64,000 nucleotides of DNA, taken from the NCBI RefSeq assembly GCF_009914755.1, contig NC_060934.1; one strand, 5' to 3'. The position numbers and the translations under genes were made by a program. Positions 40,601 to 55,323 of this stretch are shown piece after piece (the stretch's first letter is position 1; each line of letters opens with the position of its first letter). The notes beneath the pieces were generated by a model, which was not told the origin of the DNA, made no database searches, and was given only the letters and a program-made list of their open reading frames with translations. Source of the DNA: the human T2T-CHM13v2.0 reference genome, Homo sapiens.

Positions 40601-41314
40601 TAGAAAGGACGTTTCTAGGAAAGGTTAGGAAGAAGGTAAAGCATGTGTTTGGCATCTTTAGGCCTGATATGGAAACCATATGCTTATATACACTAGCAAA
40701 CATACTTAATATAACACTCTCTTTTATTAAATGTGGTTTTATAAACGCTCTCCCCAGCCAGGGCACCTTCCCCATGCTGGAGGCTGGAACTTGGCAAAAT
40801 AATCTTCCCGCTGTTACATCTATGGATACACATTTTTTGAAAATGAGTCTCGGACCCTTGGAAAATAGACTGGTTCTGATTATTATTGCAAGAGGGAAGG
40901 GGCACACGAGGGCATCTTTTTTCCTCTGATAAATTAAAAGAACTGTAACGGGTGCTTTCTGCAACCTGTAAAAGGGCAGAGCCATCTGTAATTCATTTAG
41001 CAGCTCCTTATAGAAGATTTATTTGATTAATTCAGTCAGAAGAGAGAGTATGGATTTTCCCCTTCTCTGAAAGGCACATATACACTCACACATGCACACA
41101 TGCACCCACCCATGGGTAGACATCTCAGGAATGAAAAATTACTAATCGTATTATTGGAACTGGTGAACGCGGGGCCTCAGTGGTGAGATAGCAAGCTCCC
41201 GCCCTGCCGATGGGAGGGCCGGTTTCAGAAGAGATTTAATATCCTCAGGCCCAGTGCCACCAAAGAGTGAGCCCAGAGGATAATACCGTGAACTACTGGA
41301 TCGCTTTGCTTAGG

Positions 41315-41440
41315 CATTGATTACTGAGTGCCAGGCACTGTGTTGAGCATTTTGAATGCATTATCTCATTACATCATCACAATGACCCTTGCGGGAGGTA
41401 CTGTCGCCATCACCACTTTATAGACTGGGAGACGGCCCCA
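41315..41440 (-). mobile_element. MIR
   Basis: GTGCCAGGCACTG...ATTATCTCATT...CACTTTATAGACTGGG. Confidence 0.7.
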
Positions 41441-43423
41441 TTCCCAGCAGCCCTCAGCTCAAAATTCTTTTCACTTTTTCCAGCGGAATTTTGCTTTCTC
41501 AGTCCTCCATGCCTACAGCAGACAGATGGAGGCCACGCCTTACATTTATCTAGTGGTGGGTGATCTTGGAAGGGGTTATCCACATTGGCTATGCTTTATC
41601 CCTGTAGGTTTCAGTTCAGTGCTGATTAGAGAAACACTCTCCTTTAGGCTTATCTCTAGTCTCAAGGAAAGCTCTGGCCTCCTCTGGCCTTGGTTGCCTC
41701 TAACTTACGTGACCCAACCCTATAAGCAATCATCTCTAGACCACTGTCAATTCCTGGTCGGGGGAGGTGGCAACAGCCCCTGAGAGAGGTCTTTGCAAAG
41801 GGCAAAGAAAACAGTACAGGTGAGAGGAATCATAAAAGCACACAAGATCTGAGCCAAAGAAGACTATGGATGTCAATGTCAAGAGTGGCAAATATATGGT
41901 AAGTAAATGTGTCACTGCTCTCTTTCCCTTCCTCACAGCAGACATTGCTAATTGATCCCAGCTCTCTCTTCTACTAAGCCTCAAAATCCTCAATACAGAA
42001 CTCTACGCAGCCTCTACCAATAGATTAGAATTAGCAAAAATAGTTGAAAGCAGTTTGCAGTCCCTTTCAGTTGAATGTTTCATTTTGTGGAGGGAGAAAC
42101 AGGGGCCCAGATAGAATAAGTCAGCTACAAAAGCAGTCAGAGAAGGTCAGTACCCAGCCTCAGATCTCTGGCTTTCTCTGCCCGGTATTTTCAGCATCCA
42201 CACCAGTGGGGCTGGTCCAAGCCAGGGTGCAGTGGATCAGAAACCTCTCTATTTTGCTGGGTCTCTGCTGTCACCCCCTCCCTGCAATAGAACGTCACCG
42301 AAGCTGCTCTGCAGACAGGATAAAAGGCATCCTTTTGAAGGCGGCAGAAAATTGAAATCTTTGTGACTTTAACATAATTAACCCCAAACCAGGATGGAGT
42401 GGGGCAGCCTGAGCCCATGATCTGTTACAATCCAGGGTCTAAGATTCTAGAAAGAAGTAGAAGTTTTCATTTTGGAAATACTGGCATCAGTAGACACTCC
42501 TCATTCTCTCACTGGCTGGACCACAGGAAATGCCTAGATCAAAGGCAACCAGGACTCAATAGGCTTAAGGTATTGAGGGCTTGTCTCGGCTGCAGGGCTC
42601 TCACCCCGGCCCTCAGACTTTTCAGCTGGGCGGAATTTCTCTGTGGAAAGAATAACAGGATTTTGTGAAAGGAAGAAGGAGGCTTCAAGTTCAGAAGTTC
42701 CCTCCAGAGCTCTTTCCTGCTGCTCCCTTGCTAGGACCTAATCTTCAATGTTTCTCAGCCTGACGTAGCTCAAGGGGGATTTTGTGGCTCACTACTTAGT
42801 TCTGTTGAATATCTGATTGGTGGAGAAAAGCTTTTCCATAGAAGAATAAGACTGAGTACCAGGACTTAGGTTCAGAGAATCAGAGGGTGAGTCTGAAATC
42901 CAACATATTTTGAAGGGAGGCAGTCATGGCCCTTTCAGTATGAAAAGCGTTTTCACTATCCCATTGGCAGGGGTGCCTGTGGGGTCTTTAGGGGGCCTGC
43001 TTAAAGAATAGACAAGTATCGTGTGCAACTTGCCTCTCAGCCCTGGGGTTGATCCTGGTACTCCTGCTATTTTTGAGGAGGCTTGAAAACACTTTGTTTA
43101 AACCTTCCTTCTACAATCCTGTGTATACTATGAATTTCCATTATCTAAAAAGAAAATTTTGCTAACTGAATCAAACTCTAGCCCAGCCCAACTTCTTGAA
43201 AAGATCACAAATATTGGACGAGTGAGGTCCCAGATACTGAGGATTTTACAGGGCCCAAATACTGCCCCTTGAGGGGGTTTGTTGACCAACATCATTTGTT
43301 GAAAGAAGATGCTTATATTACAGAAGTGGTTTTCCAGAATGTTCCTGAGTGGGTGATTGGACAGTCCAGAGAAGGAGCCAAGTTGCGGGTCAGGTAATGA
43401 AGAGAGGAGGTCCTCTGTGTGCC

Positions 43424-43720
<297 letters not shown>

Positions 43721-43829
43721 CCTCCCTGTGCCATTTCTGATTCCACTTACGGATAAACGAGCAGGCTGAGGTGCATATGCATTACCCTGAAGACACAACT
43801 CAAAAGAGGACTGTGTGCCTCTGGGAATT

Positions 43830-44010
43830 ACACTCAGTGGCCAACCAGATCTTCACTAGATGTGTGATTTTGGACAAGTTAGATAACATCTCCTATTTCC
43901 TTCTCTGTAAAATAGCAGTAACAAAAAGCACCTAACTCACAAGGTTGTTGTGAGGATTCAATGAGATAAAGCACTTAGAACAGGGACTGGCACAAAGTAC
44001 CAAGAAAATA
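43830..44010 (+). mobile_element. MIR
   Basis: TTTGGACAAGTT...CTGTAAAAT...GTTGTTGTGAGGATT. Confidence 0.75.
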
Positions 44011-44014
44011 TTAT

Positions 44015-44460
44015 CTCCACAATCTCCATCAGCTGATGAATGGATGAAGAAAATGTGGTCTATCAATGAGATGGAATATTATTCACCCATAAAAATAAAT
44101 GAAGCGCTGATACACAGTACCATGTGGACGAACGTGGAAGACATTACGTTGAATGAAAGAAGCCAGACACATAGGCCATCTATTGTATGATTTCATTTAT
44201 ATGAAATATCTAGAATAGGCAAATCTACAGAGACAAAAAGCAGAATCATGATTTCTTAGGGCTGGTAGGGGTGGGAGGACGGGGAAGTAACAGCTAAAGG
44301 GTATGGGATTTCTTTTTGAGATGAGGGAAATGTTCGAAAATGGACTGTGGCGATGGTGGCACATATCTGTGAATATACTCAAAACCATTCCATTATATAC
44401 ACTTTGAATGACTTGTATGGGATGTGAATTATATCTTAATAAAGCTGTTTAAAATAAAAC
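44015..44460 (+). mobile_element. L1MB-like 3' end
   Basis: CCATCAGCTGATGAATGGAT...TGAAAGAAGCCAGACAC...TTATATCTTAATAAAGCTGTT. Confidence 0.85.
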
Positions 44461-44466
44461 TTTTTG

Positions 44467-44846
<380 letters not shown>

Positions 44847-45829
44847 CTACCTAGAGACATTCAGATAGAAAATAAAAACACGCCTGCGGGCCAAACTCAG
44901 CCTCAATTTCCTCATCTTCTAGACAGACAGAAGTTCCTCCCTCAAAGGGCCGTTGGAAGGAAAAATGAGATAATTCATCTACAGCACTTAGCATGGAGCC
45001 TGGCATATTCCAGGCACTCAGGAGGTAGCAGTGGCATTGCCATTATTCTTTTAGACTCTAGAATTCCATGCTGGAGGAGTTTGGGGGGCAGTCTGATTGG
45101 AAAGGAAGTGGGTAACTAGGGGTCATGTCTTGAAGCTACATTTGCAAATGAAGCCTACTGCATCAGCTTAGGTCATATGTTACAATAAAAAAGACATTTG
45201 CAAAGTTTTCTAAACATGCCTTTATTCACACTGTCATAGTGTTGAAAACACACCTGTAATCAAATAATAACATTGTTAAAAAGTTGAAGTGTCTTTGATG
45301 AGAGGCCCATGAGGATTTTGGAGGAATTTGAGTCTCCCTGATCGCTGAAAACTGATGCCATAGGTGCCTGATTCCATAGGTGCTACCACTGTCGTTAGAA
45401 TTAATACTTAAGTGACCACCTGTGAAGGGCACTGGACAGAGTGAAGAGGCTGGGTTCTTGACCTGACCCAGCCACTCACCAAATGTGCAACTTAAGGAAA
45501 ATAGTTTAATTTCCCTGGACTTCAGTGTTTTCAACTATAGGATGAGAAGATGGTGGGTGCAACCTCTGAATGTCCTTCAAGCAAAAAACTTCAGAATCCA
45601 TGATAATGGCCCAAATCTTATCGCTGCCTAGGTAAGCCAGACTGGACTGTCCGAAGGATGTCTCCCATAGACTGGAACGTGTCCCTTCTATTCCAAGGGT
45701 CTTGAGTTCTAGATTCTAGGCCAAAGCTCACAGCACACTTGCTAGAGAAGAGCCTCACCACTACCTCCATTCTGATTCCCCCTTAGGCTGAAGTGCCAAC
45801 ATAGTTAAGCCTCTCTCTGGGGCTGGAGA

Positions 45830-46125
45830 CACCTGAATTGAACAGTATCACCCCTAAATTCATGTCTACTGGATCCTGTGAGAGTGACCTTATTTGGAAA
45901 TAGGGTCTTTGGAGATGTAATCAAGTTAAGATGAAGTCATACTGGATTAGGTTGGCTCTTAATCTGATGATTGGAGTCCTGCTAAGAAGAGGGAAATTTG
46001 GAAAACATGACACGGAGAGGAGAACATCATGTGTACGTGGAAGCAGAGATTGAAGTGAAGCTGCCGCAAGCCAAGGAAGTCAGACTGCTAGCACCAACAG
46101 CTAGGAGAGTGACATGGAACAGCAA
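45830..46125 (+). mobile_element. MLT1B/C LTR, 3'-truncated
   Basis: GTGACCTTATTTGGAAATAGGGTCTTTGGAGATGTAATCAAGTTAAGATGA. Confidence 0.8.
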
Positions 46126-46779
46126 TGTTATCATCCCAAGGGCATGGCCAGAATTTCGTGGCATCAGTGATGCTGTAGCTCACGCCTCCGAACTTGCTTC
46201 ACACAGTCCCAGAGTAACTTCTACACCCCGCCAGCTTTCTGGTGCTCCATGTTTTGTGGGCCAGACACCAACTGGACAGTACCCTAAAGCTGTCCTATTC
46301 TCCCTCCCTACTTTGACTTGGTGCTGAGCCTGGCCTGTGGGTTTCTGCAGCAGTGAGACAGGATGGGGCTGAAGGCTTGGCATTTCCTCAGGCATGAGGG
46401 ATAACAATGGTTATTGAAGAAGAATGTCTAATGACAGAAAAGTGCTCATGGTTCATTTGTTCATTCATTCAACAAATATTAATATTACTTGAGCACACAC
46501 TCTGTCACAGGCACTGTCTCAGGCACTGGAGGTAGAGCACTGCTGGTGGGAATGGGGATGAGCCAGTCCAGGGATCCTGGGGCTCTAGGGTTGGCTGAGA
46601 TTGTTCTGTGGACCCCTGAGCATTTTTGCAGTTTCTTAATCTCTAATGGAGATGGTATAGTTACTCCCAGCAAGATCACTTGGGCTGACATGTCACCTTC
46701 CTTTGCAGGAATCTGGAATGACATCAGCTGGAAATGGTGATGCTAAATAAATATCTTGTGGTGGTCAGAAGCTGCCTGA

Positions 46780-47112
<333 letters not shown>

Positions 47113-47254
47113 AAGTTAGAATTAAGTTTTTAAAATAGGAGAGCAATTAGTACATTATAAGTGCCTTGGCTTGGTAGACAAACAACTTTCAAAATGTAGA
47201 ACTAGAGGGAAGGGCCAAATAATTGAAAGTGTTCTTGGGGAGAGGAAAGCCCTT

Positions 47255-47810
47255 TATTCAACTTAATACATTGACTAAGTTTATTTAATATATACCTTAG
47301 AATAGAACCTGTGTGCTAGGCCCTGTGGTCGGCGCTGGGGACAGCGACACACAACACAGAGAAGGTCCCTGCTCCCACGGGGCTGTCGCACTTACTACAG
47401 GAGACAGCCAACAGGCAAACAAAAGCCACCTTCTTAGGCACTCAATACATGATAGTTATTCTAGTTATTCACTGTTTCCAGTGAATAACTATCATGTATT
47501 GAGTGCTTAAGAAGGTGGCTTTTGTCCCACACAGGCACTACCCTGGGCTCTGGAGACTGAGCAAGGAGCAGCAGAGGCCAGCTCAGGCCAATTGCTTGCT
47601 GTCCTGAAACTTCCATCCTATCAGGGCAGGCAGCTAAGAAGCAAATGGGGAAAAAAAAATCCAAACAGGAAAAGGTCAGATGGAAACATCAAACAGAGTG
47701 ACACGGTTGAGACTTCCAGGGAGATGGGAGGGGGGTACTGTAGCAGGTAGTCAGGGAAGACTTCTTAGAGGAGGTGGTCTGGAACTAAGGCCTGACCAAG
47801 AGGCAAAGAT
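47255..47810 (-). mobile_element. L2, interrupted by a palindromic segment
   Basis: TGTGTGCTAGGCCCTGTG...GTCCCTGCTCCCACGGGGCT; AGTCAGGGAAGACTTCTTAGAGGAGGTG. Confidence 0.65.
47419..47525. repeat. 107-bp near-perfect palindrome (47-bp arms)
   Basis: 46/47 complementary, 4-nt loop TTTC, plus a 9-bp tandem duplication TAGTTATTC in the left arm. Confidence 0.95.
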
Positions 47811-48889
47811 GAGGAATCCCAACACTCACTTCTTTCAAGAGGCAAGGTGAAGGATGGAGAAGCACGATTTCTGCCTAGACTTGGCAGGTCCGAGCTTTGT
47901 AGGAACTAGCTAGCTTTGCTTTAGGGCCACAGGTAGGTAAACTGAGGTGATGTGGTCTGTCTAGGGTTGCTCAAGAAGTCAGTGGCAAAGCCGGCCTAGA
48001 ACTCTGGGTTTGGGCTCCATGGGCAGTGCTCTTTCCATGCTGTGTACCATCCTGCCTCTCAGGAAATGACTTCCTGAATGCTTTTATGGACCTCTGGCCG
48101 CACAAAGGATGTGTCTCTGTGTCAGGCGGGTCTCAGGGATTTCCAGAAGTCCTAAAATGTGCATGGTGCTATGCCAGAAGCCACGAGGAGTGTGACAGTC
48201 CAAGCTATGAGGGATCTACACTCTCACAGGAAGATGAAAGCAGCAGTATCAGAGGGTGTGGGTGTGGATGTGACAGTGTCCCATCGTGCTGCTGAGAGAA
48301 GCGGTGGGTTGAAGGGGCTCCCGGGAGGAGAGGCCACGGCAGTTGGGCTGGGAGCTTAACTTCTCATTTACTCACAGACAACTTCTCAGCCCGCATTTCA
48401 CCGGCCCCCCAGCCCCCAGCATGGGGGCCCAGGGACAGGAGGAGGTCTTGGCACAGCTGGGGCTGGAGGCCTTTGCTTGAGCCCTGGGTTGAGGTGTCTT
48501 CGACCTGCAGAGAGGTCCCTGCCCAGGGTTCCTACGGGACTAGCCCTGCCCCTGCTCACTTCTGTTCCTTGTTGCTGTGCCACCGCCCCCCACACCCCCC
48601 GGCTGGCTTTGATGTTAGTCCCACTCAGCCTGGCCTCCTGCTGCGACGCCCCAGGATGGCTCTCCAGCTCGCAGGGACTCTCCCTCTCTGTATCACAGCC
48701 CAGATCTGGCCTCCTGCTTGCTGGGCTGTGGCAGCGGGATCACTCTGGGGCCCAGGGAGAGGTAACGAAGGAACAAGGTAAGTTTGGGCCAGATTGAGGG
48801 GGTTTTGTAGGCCTGGGGTCGCTAGGCAGATGTGCTCTGATGGATGACGGGGAGCCCCCTATTCCTGGCCATCTGAGTGGCATGTGAGG

Positions 48890-50060
48890 CCTAATGGGGG
48901 TAGTTGGAAATAGTGGTCAAGAGTTTCCATTTCCTCCCTGAGTAGCCATGGTCAAGTTCCTTAGCAATACCTGCCTTGTTGACTTTACTCTGTGCCTCAG
49001 TTTTCCCATCTGTAAAATGGCGATAATAAGAATGGGCAATTCACAGGGTTGTTATGAGGACTAAATGAGGATGTGCCCGGCTCACTGTACTCTCTCTAAA
49101 CTGTAGCTGTCGTTGATGCTGAAGTCTCTGCTGGATTTGGGAGGAATTAGCCCTTTGGAGCACAGCTGCAATGGTGCTTGGACCCTCTTTGCTGCCTTCG
49201 GCATGACAGGAGCCTGCCTTCCCTGTCTTGAGTTTGTGTTTTCCTCCTTCTCTGGCACTTGGCCCAGTTTGGCCCTAATAACCTTTGAGGGACCTTCATA
49301 GCTGACCCCCAGCCTCTTTCTGCTCACAGCTGCCCGATGGATCTTCCAGCCCTGCTCAAAGTCCTCTATGGCTCCCAGGGGCTACACAGCAAATATAGCC
49401 ACCTCCTTAGTCTTTATTTAAGATCTTCTGCAATTTGACCTTTGTCTTAACCTTTCAGCCCCATGTGGATCTGGGGAGTCCAAGCCTGAATTTGAGTCTG
49501 GGTTCCACTGCATCTGAGCTGTGAAACCTTGGGAAATGCATGTAACCTGTATGCACCGTGGTTTTCTTATTTGTGAAATGAAAATAATTACTCCTGCCTT
49601 GTGGACTTCACAAGGATGTTTGAGGATCAGATGAATGGGGATGTGTATGGTGTTCGTAACCCAGAAAGCAACTCGCTGTTTGGGGGCCATACAGTGGTTT
49701 CCTTTCTCTAGGCCTTTGTTCACACTATTCCTCCACCTGGAGTTCCTTGTCTCCCTCGGTTACCATTGTCCAAATGGGTATAGCTATGTTCAGAGCCCAG
49801 GGAAGACGCCATGTCTCGTCTGTAAAGACGCCCTGACTATTCTGCCTGAAGTGTATGTTTCCTACATCTGATCCTCACACCTCTCACAGACACGTCTTCC
49901 TGTATCTGCTGTCTCCTTCCTTTGACTGGGAGCTTCTAAAGGGCAGGACGATACCAAAATCAGCTCTGCTTTTTCCACGGCACCTCGTACTCCACACACA
50001 ACAGGTGCTTGATGAGTACTTGGTAAAAGGATGGGAGAGTGTGTGGATGAGTGAGTGAAT
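48890..50060 (+). mobile_element. MIR/L2 mosaic
   Basis: CTGTGCCTCAGTTTTCCCATCTGTAAAATGG (MIR); GACTGGGAGCTTCTAAAGGGCAGG (L2 tail). Confidence 0.65.
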
Positions 50061-50315
50061 TTGGGGAGAGTGATAGCGCACTGAAGCCAAAAGCATGGCC
50101 CCATCCCCTCTGGGACCTATTTCATGGCCCTTGATGACTGTGCCTAATGGACAGCCATTTCCCACGCGTGGCTCAAATTTTCACAAATAGGATAGATCCA
50201 TTCACCTCTATAAGGAGGGTTTAGGGGCAGAAATCTGATTGGAAGTTGGGGAGTGGGCTTGTCTGGACATTATATTATGCAGACCAAGCATATGTTTTGA
50301 AAAATTATGTATATA

Positions 50316-50640
<325 letters not shown>

Positions 50641-52238
50641 TCAAACCACACACACAAGCACACATGCATCATCCCTTCAATGTGGGCATCGCGGGGGTCA
50701 GAGGCACATCACACAACTAGATCAGAGAGTCGGGGTGAGTCAGGGCAATACCTCCCTCCTCCCAGGTTGGGGTAGGGGAAGACTGGGGCTACGTGGGAGC
50801 TGAGGAAGTGACTCTTGGTGACCTGAATTATGTTCCACACTTAGGAGCACCTGATTTATTATCAGGGACTGAAACACACAAAAGAACAAAGGGCCCTGGG
50901 GACATTTGTGACCCATCTGCTCCTTCTCCACATTGCACCAAGGCACTGCACTCTCAGCAGTTCTCAGTGTCTTTGCATCTTTGCGGGAGCCCCTCCTCAA
51001 CGTCCCCCTCCCCACCCGCCCCACTTACATTCTAGGGCCACACATTCCTCAGGCCGTGCTGAATCCTAAGTATTTTAATGCCTGATATCTATCTCCGTAT
51101 GGATTTTTTTTTATCATGAGGCCACTGGAAAGTTTTTTGATATCTCTTTGAAACAGATGTCAGCAAAAGCTTCCAGCACAGATCAAGGGCAGGTTAAGGC
51201 CTTTGAGATGGGTCTGAATGTCCCTTTAACATCGTTCAATCTAATACCCAAATATACCTCGAGTCATTACCCTGTTTTTATAAGAAGCTCTGAACCATAT
51301 GTTCGGGAACTAATTAAGCATACAAATCAAGCCCTGGGATCAGGTGGCGCTCTGTTTAAATATCTTAACCTTTTATGATTATCTTAATTTAGAGAAAATT
51401 CAAAACACATTCAGAAGTCTTAGAAAATGAGTTCACTAGGAATTTACTGGCCGGCTTTTTTTTCTTGATGTTGGGATCCTTTCTTTACAAGTCCAGCCGA
51501 GATTCCTGGGGAAGTCCTCCGAGCTCACACCTCCCAGGAAATGTAGACATTTGCCGGCCTGGGGGGCCCAAAAGGCCACACCTGTCTTTACCTTCCACTA
51601 GCAGCCTCTCCCAGCCAGAAACTCCACCTGTCCCCACCTCCCAGCCCACATGGCCCCCATTTGCCAGAAGGAAGGGGAGAAAAACCGTGGACTCTGCACT
51701 TGGAAGTTTTGCCTTCCTTTTAGATAAAATAAGGTATGAAATGAGTTGGGGGGAAACATTCCTGCAGCCCATGTTATTTTGGGGGAAGCCATGGGAGGAG
51801 CTAAGGGCAGAGACTGAAATGTGATTGCACAAACCTGGCTCCAGAATGGCTACAGGTGGCTGAGAGGGAAGACAAAAGCTGGAAACCATCCTTGTTTTAG
51901 ATTCTGGGTGATTCTAGCAGTGGGAAGTGTGGGCTGGGGTAGCAGATGGGGATCTGTCTTCTCACCTACCTCAGGCAAAGGAGATACTTGATCTAGAAGG
52001 CATGTCTAAAATGTGTACACATACCAAATTGAATTGACTTGTGACAAGTTCTTCTAATCTTTTACCTGCTCAGCCAATATATCTTTATTGAGCACCTACT
52101 ATATGCCAGGTCTGTTCTAATGTCTTTACAAGGACATTAAACTGCCTTTGACACAAGTGCCCAGTTTACTTACAAAGACTGGACTGGATCTCAAAAACAC
52201 TCTTTCTTAATGTTCTTAGGACCAGTAAACCTTTACAA

Positions 52239-52427
52239 TAGGGTTTCCAGATAAACTGTAGGATGTTCAAGTTTAAATTTCAGATGAACAACAAATACTT
52301 GTTTACTCTAAGTATGTCCTGAATTTTGCATGGCACACACTTATACTAAATCATTATTCATTGTTTATCTGAAATGCAAATTTAGCTGGGTGTTCTGTGT
52401 GTTTATTTGTTAAATCTTGCAACCTGA
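52239..52427. mobile_element. MER53 palindromic MITE
   Basis: TAGGGTTTCCAGATAAA...TTTCAGATGAACAA / TTGTTTATCTGAAAT...TCTTGCAACC. Confidence 0.85.
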
Positions 52428-52556
52428 CTTTAGAAAAAGATATAAATAGATATGGGTGCTGTCTCAATCTTGGATGTTAAATACTAATTTTGGAGGAAGA
52501 CAACAGAAAGCAGCTTTGTGCAAGGCCCCCTTACATATGTGATTTGACTTAGACCT

Positions 52557-52925
52557 GTATTAGTCTGTTCTCATGCTGCTAATAAAGACATACCTGAGAC
52601 TGGGTGATTTATAAAGAAAAAGAGATTTAATGGACTCACAGTTTCATGTGGCTGGAGAGGCCTCACAATCACGGCGGAAGGCAAAGGAGGAGCAAAATCA
52701 CGTCTCACATGGTGGCAGGCAAGAGAAGAGCATGTGCAGGGGCAACTCACCCTTTATAAGACCATCAGATCTCATGAGACTTATGCACTATCATGAGAAC
52801 AGCACAGGAAAGGCCCACCCTCATAATTCAATTACCTCCCACCTGGTCCCTCCCACAACACATGGGAATTATGGGAACTACGATTCAAGATGAGGTTTGG
52901 GTGGGGACACAATCAAACCGTATCA
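52557..52925 (-). mobile_element. THE1B/C solo LTR next to a MIR
   Basis: TGTATTAGTCTGTTCTCATGCTGCTAATAAAGACATACC ... GGGGACACAATCAAACCGTATCA; GACC on both sides. Confidence 0.9.
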
Positions 52926-53559
52926 GACCTTATCACAACTCTAGGAAGGGGGTTCTGTGATCATCCCCATTTTGCCTGTGAGTGAGCTGAAGCTCAGAGA
53001 GCTTGAGGGACTTACCCAAGGTCATCCAGCTTTTTCTCTAGCCCAGCTCTGCTGGACTTTGAAGCCTGGGCTCTTTACAGTGACAAGTTGATGGTTATCT
53101 TTCCAGAGTTCTTATTTTCCTAGAGCTTTCCCTGGCTTCTCTCAACTTCTTCCCCCCTTTCCCACAAATATGCAAGGAGAGATTCACTCCCGTCAGATCA
53201 ATGTCACTGCCATAATGAAAACCACCACCCGAGTTCATGAAGGACGAGATCTGTCGAACCCTAATGAGAATGGTTCCGATTATGCAAAAAGCAACCTCAT
53301 GGTTATTCTAATGTTACAAGTAAATAGAAAACATTTAGAAATACTTGGCTTGGATATTTTTTTTAAGTACAGATGTCTGACTCTCTGCCAGTTTGTTATT
53401 AAAAATGCTACAGTGGTTTGGGTACAAAGATTGTTATAAAAATAAAAGCTAATGCGGTCTGAGCACTTGTTTTGCCTTTGTGGGGACCTCAGCCACGGTA
53501 AGGCCAAAGGAGATGGTGGCTAGTGGTGGCTCTTAAGCAGGCACCCCAACATTCATAGC

Positions 53560-54030
53560 TCTGTTAGTGCCCTGCTTAAAATGATGCAGGAGCTTCCTGG
53601 TGTCCCTCAAATCCCGAATCTGCTCCTGCAGGGTTCCAGCCCTATCTGTTCCCGCTCCCTCTTGCTTACTGGCTTTTTCTAGCTCATCATGCATTTGCAC
53701 TTGCTGTGTCCTCCACCTGGTGTGTTTCTCCCAGCCCTTCACCTCGATGGCTCCTTTTCTTCCTCGGCCTTCAGGTCTTCTCTGACCAGCTTCTCTGTAT
53801 GGCTGTCCTCTTGCCTCCAGTTACTTTCTATTGTAACTCTCTGCTTATTTCTTTTATTTTTCTTATAACTCTCTGAAGTTATCTTGCTCACCTTTTGTCT
53901 TTCCCACCAGTAAGTCAACCCCATGAAGGAAGGGACCCTGTTTGTTTCATTGACACACATCATCTTCAACACCTAGAACAATGTTAGGCACATAGTAGTT
54001 GCTCAATAAGTATTTGTCGAACAAGCGAAT
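53560..54030 (+). mobile_element. L2 3' portion
   Basis: CACCTAGAACAATGTTAGGCACATAGTAGTTGCTCAATAAGTATTTGT. Confidence 0.8.
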
Positions 54031-54113
54031 GCATCTACCAAAGCACCTGAAGTCTTGCATTGCTTAATCCCGCCTGGGGCCACGGGCCAGAAGAAAAGTA
54101 GCAGCGTCTACAG

Positions 54114-54414
54114 TTTTTTTTTTTTTTTTTTTTTTTTGAGACAGAGTCTCACTCTGTCACCCAGGTTGGAGTGCAGTGGCATGATCTGGGCTTACTGCAA
54201 CCTCCGCCTCCTGGGTTCAAGCGATTCGCCTCAGCCTCCTGATTAGCTGGGATTACAGGCGCATGCCACCACGCCTGGCTAATTTTTTGTATTTTTAGTA
54301 GAGACAGGGTTTCACTGTGCTAGCCAGGATGGTCTCAATCTCCTGACATCGTGATCCGCCTGCTTCGGCCTCCCAAAATGCTGGGATTACAGGCGTGAGC
54401 CACCATGCTGGGCT
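54114..54414 (-). mobile_element. AluSc-like
   Basis: GATGGTCTCAATCTCCTGACATCGTGATCCGCC; TSD GC(G/A)TCTACA. Confidence 0.93.
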
Positions 54415-55010
54415 GCATCTACAAATTTTAATCAACTCAACTCATGGAAAACAATATAACTTGGGAGAATCCTAAACTCCTGTGAATGATGGTTTTGAGT
54501 CTAGCAGGAGTTTCCAAGACTGTGCTTCAAACCATGGCAATGAAAAACTTCATTGCTATAGCATTTGCCTACGTGTAGAAGGTGAAGTGTAAACAGAAAA
54601 CTGGGGGTGTTCAAATGCATCAAGGAAAACATTGTCACCCTAATAATCTTTCAGACAAATGTGTTGATGTGAACAGAACCATTTTGGGGTCATGGGAGGG
54701 GGATCACTCTTTAGAGGCTATTCCCCTTAGCTTGGCATTCGAGACTTTGCACACACTTGCTGAGGCCTGCCTCTCCTGATTTCTTCTGCCTCTCTCCCTG
54801 CAGCCTGCTGTCCGTTGGTCCCGGGTTGTCGTCACACCCCCACTCCTTGCATGCTTTCCCAGGCTTGCTCCTTTATCTTGCTCTGAAGAATGCTCTTCCC
54901 CATCTGTGCATATCCAAAGCCTAATCACATGGGCCTGGTTCAAAGGTCGTCTCCACCCCAATCTTATATCTCATCTACCTCTACCTGGTGGCAGCCTTTC
55001 CCTCCTTTGA

Positions 55011-55323
<313 letters not shown>

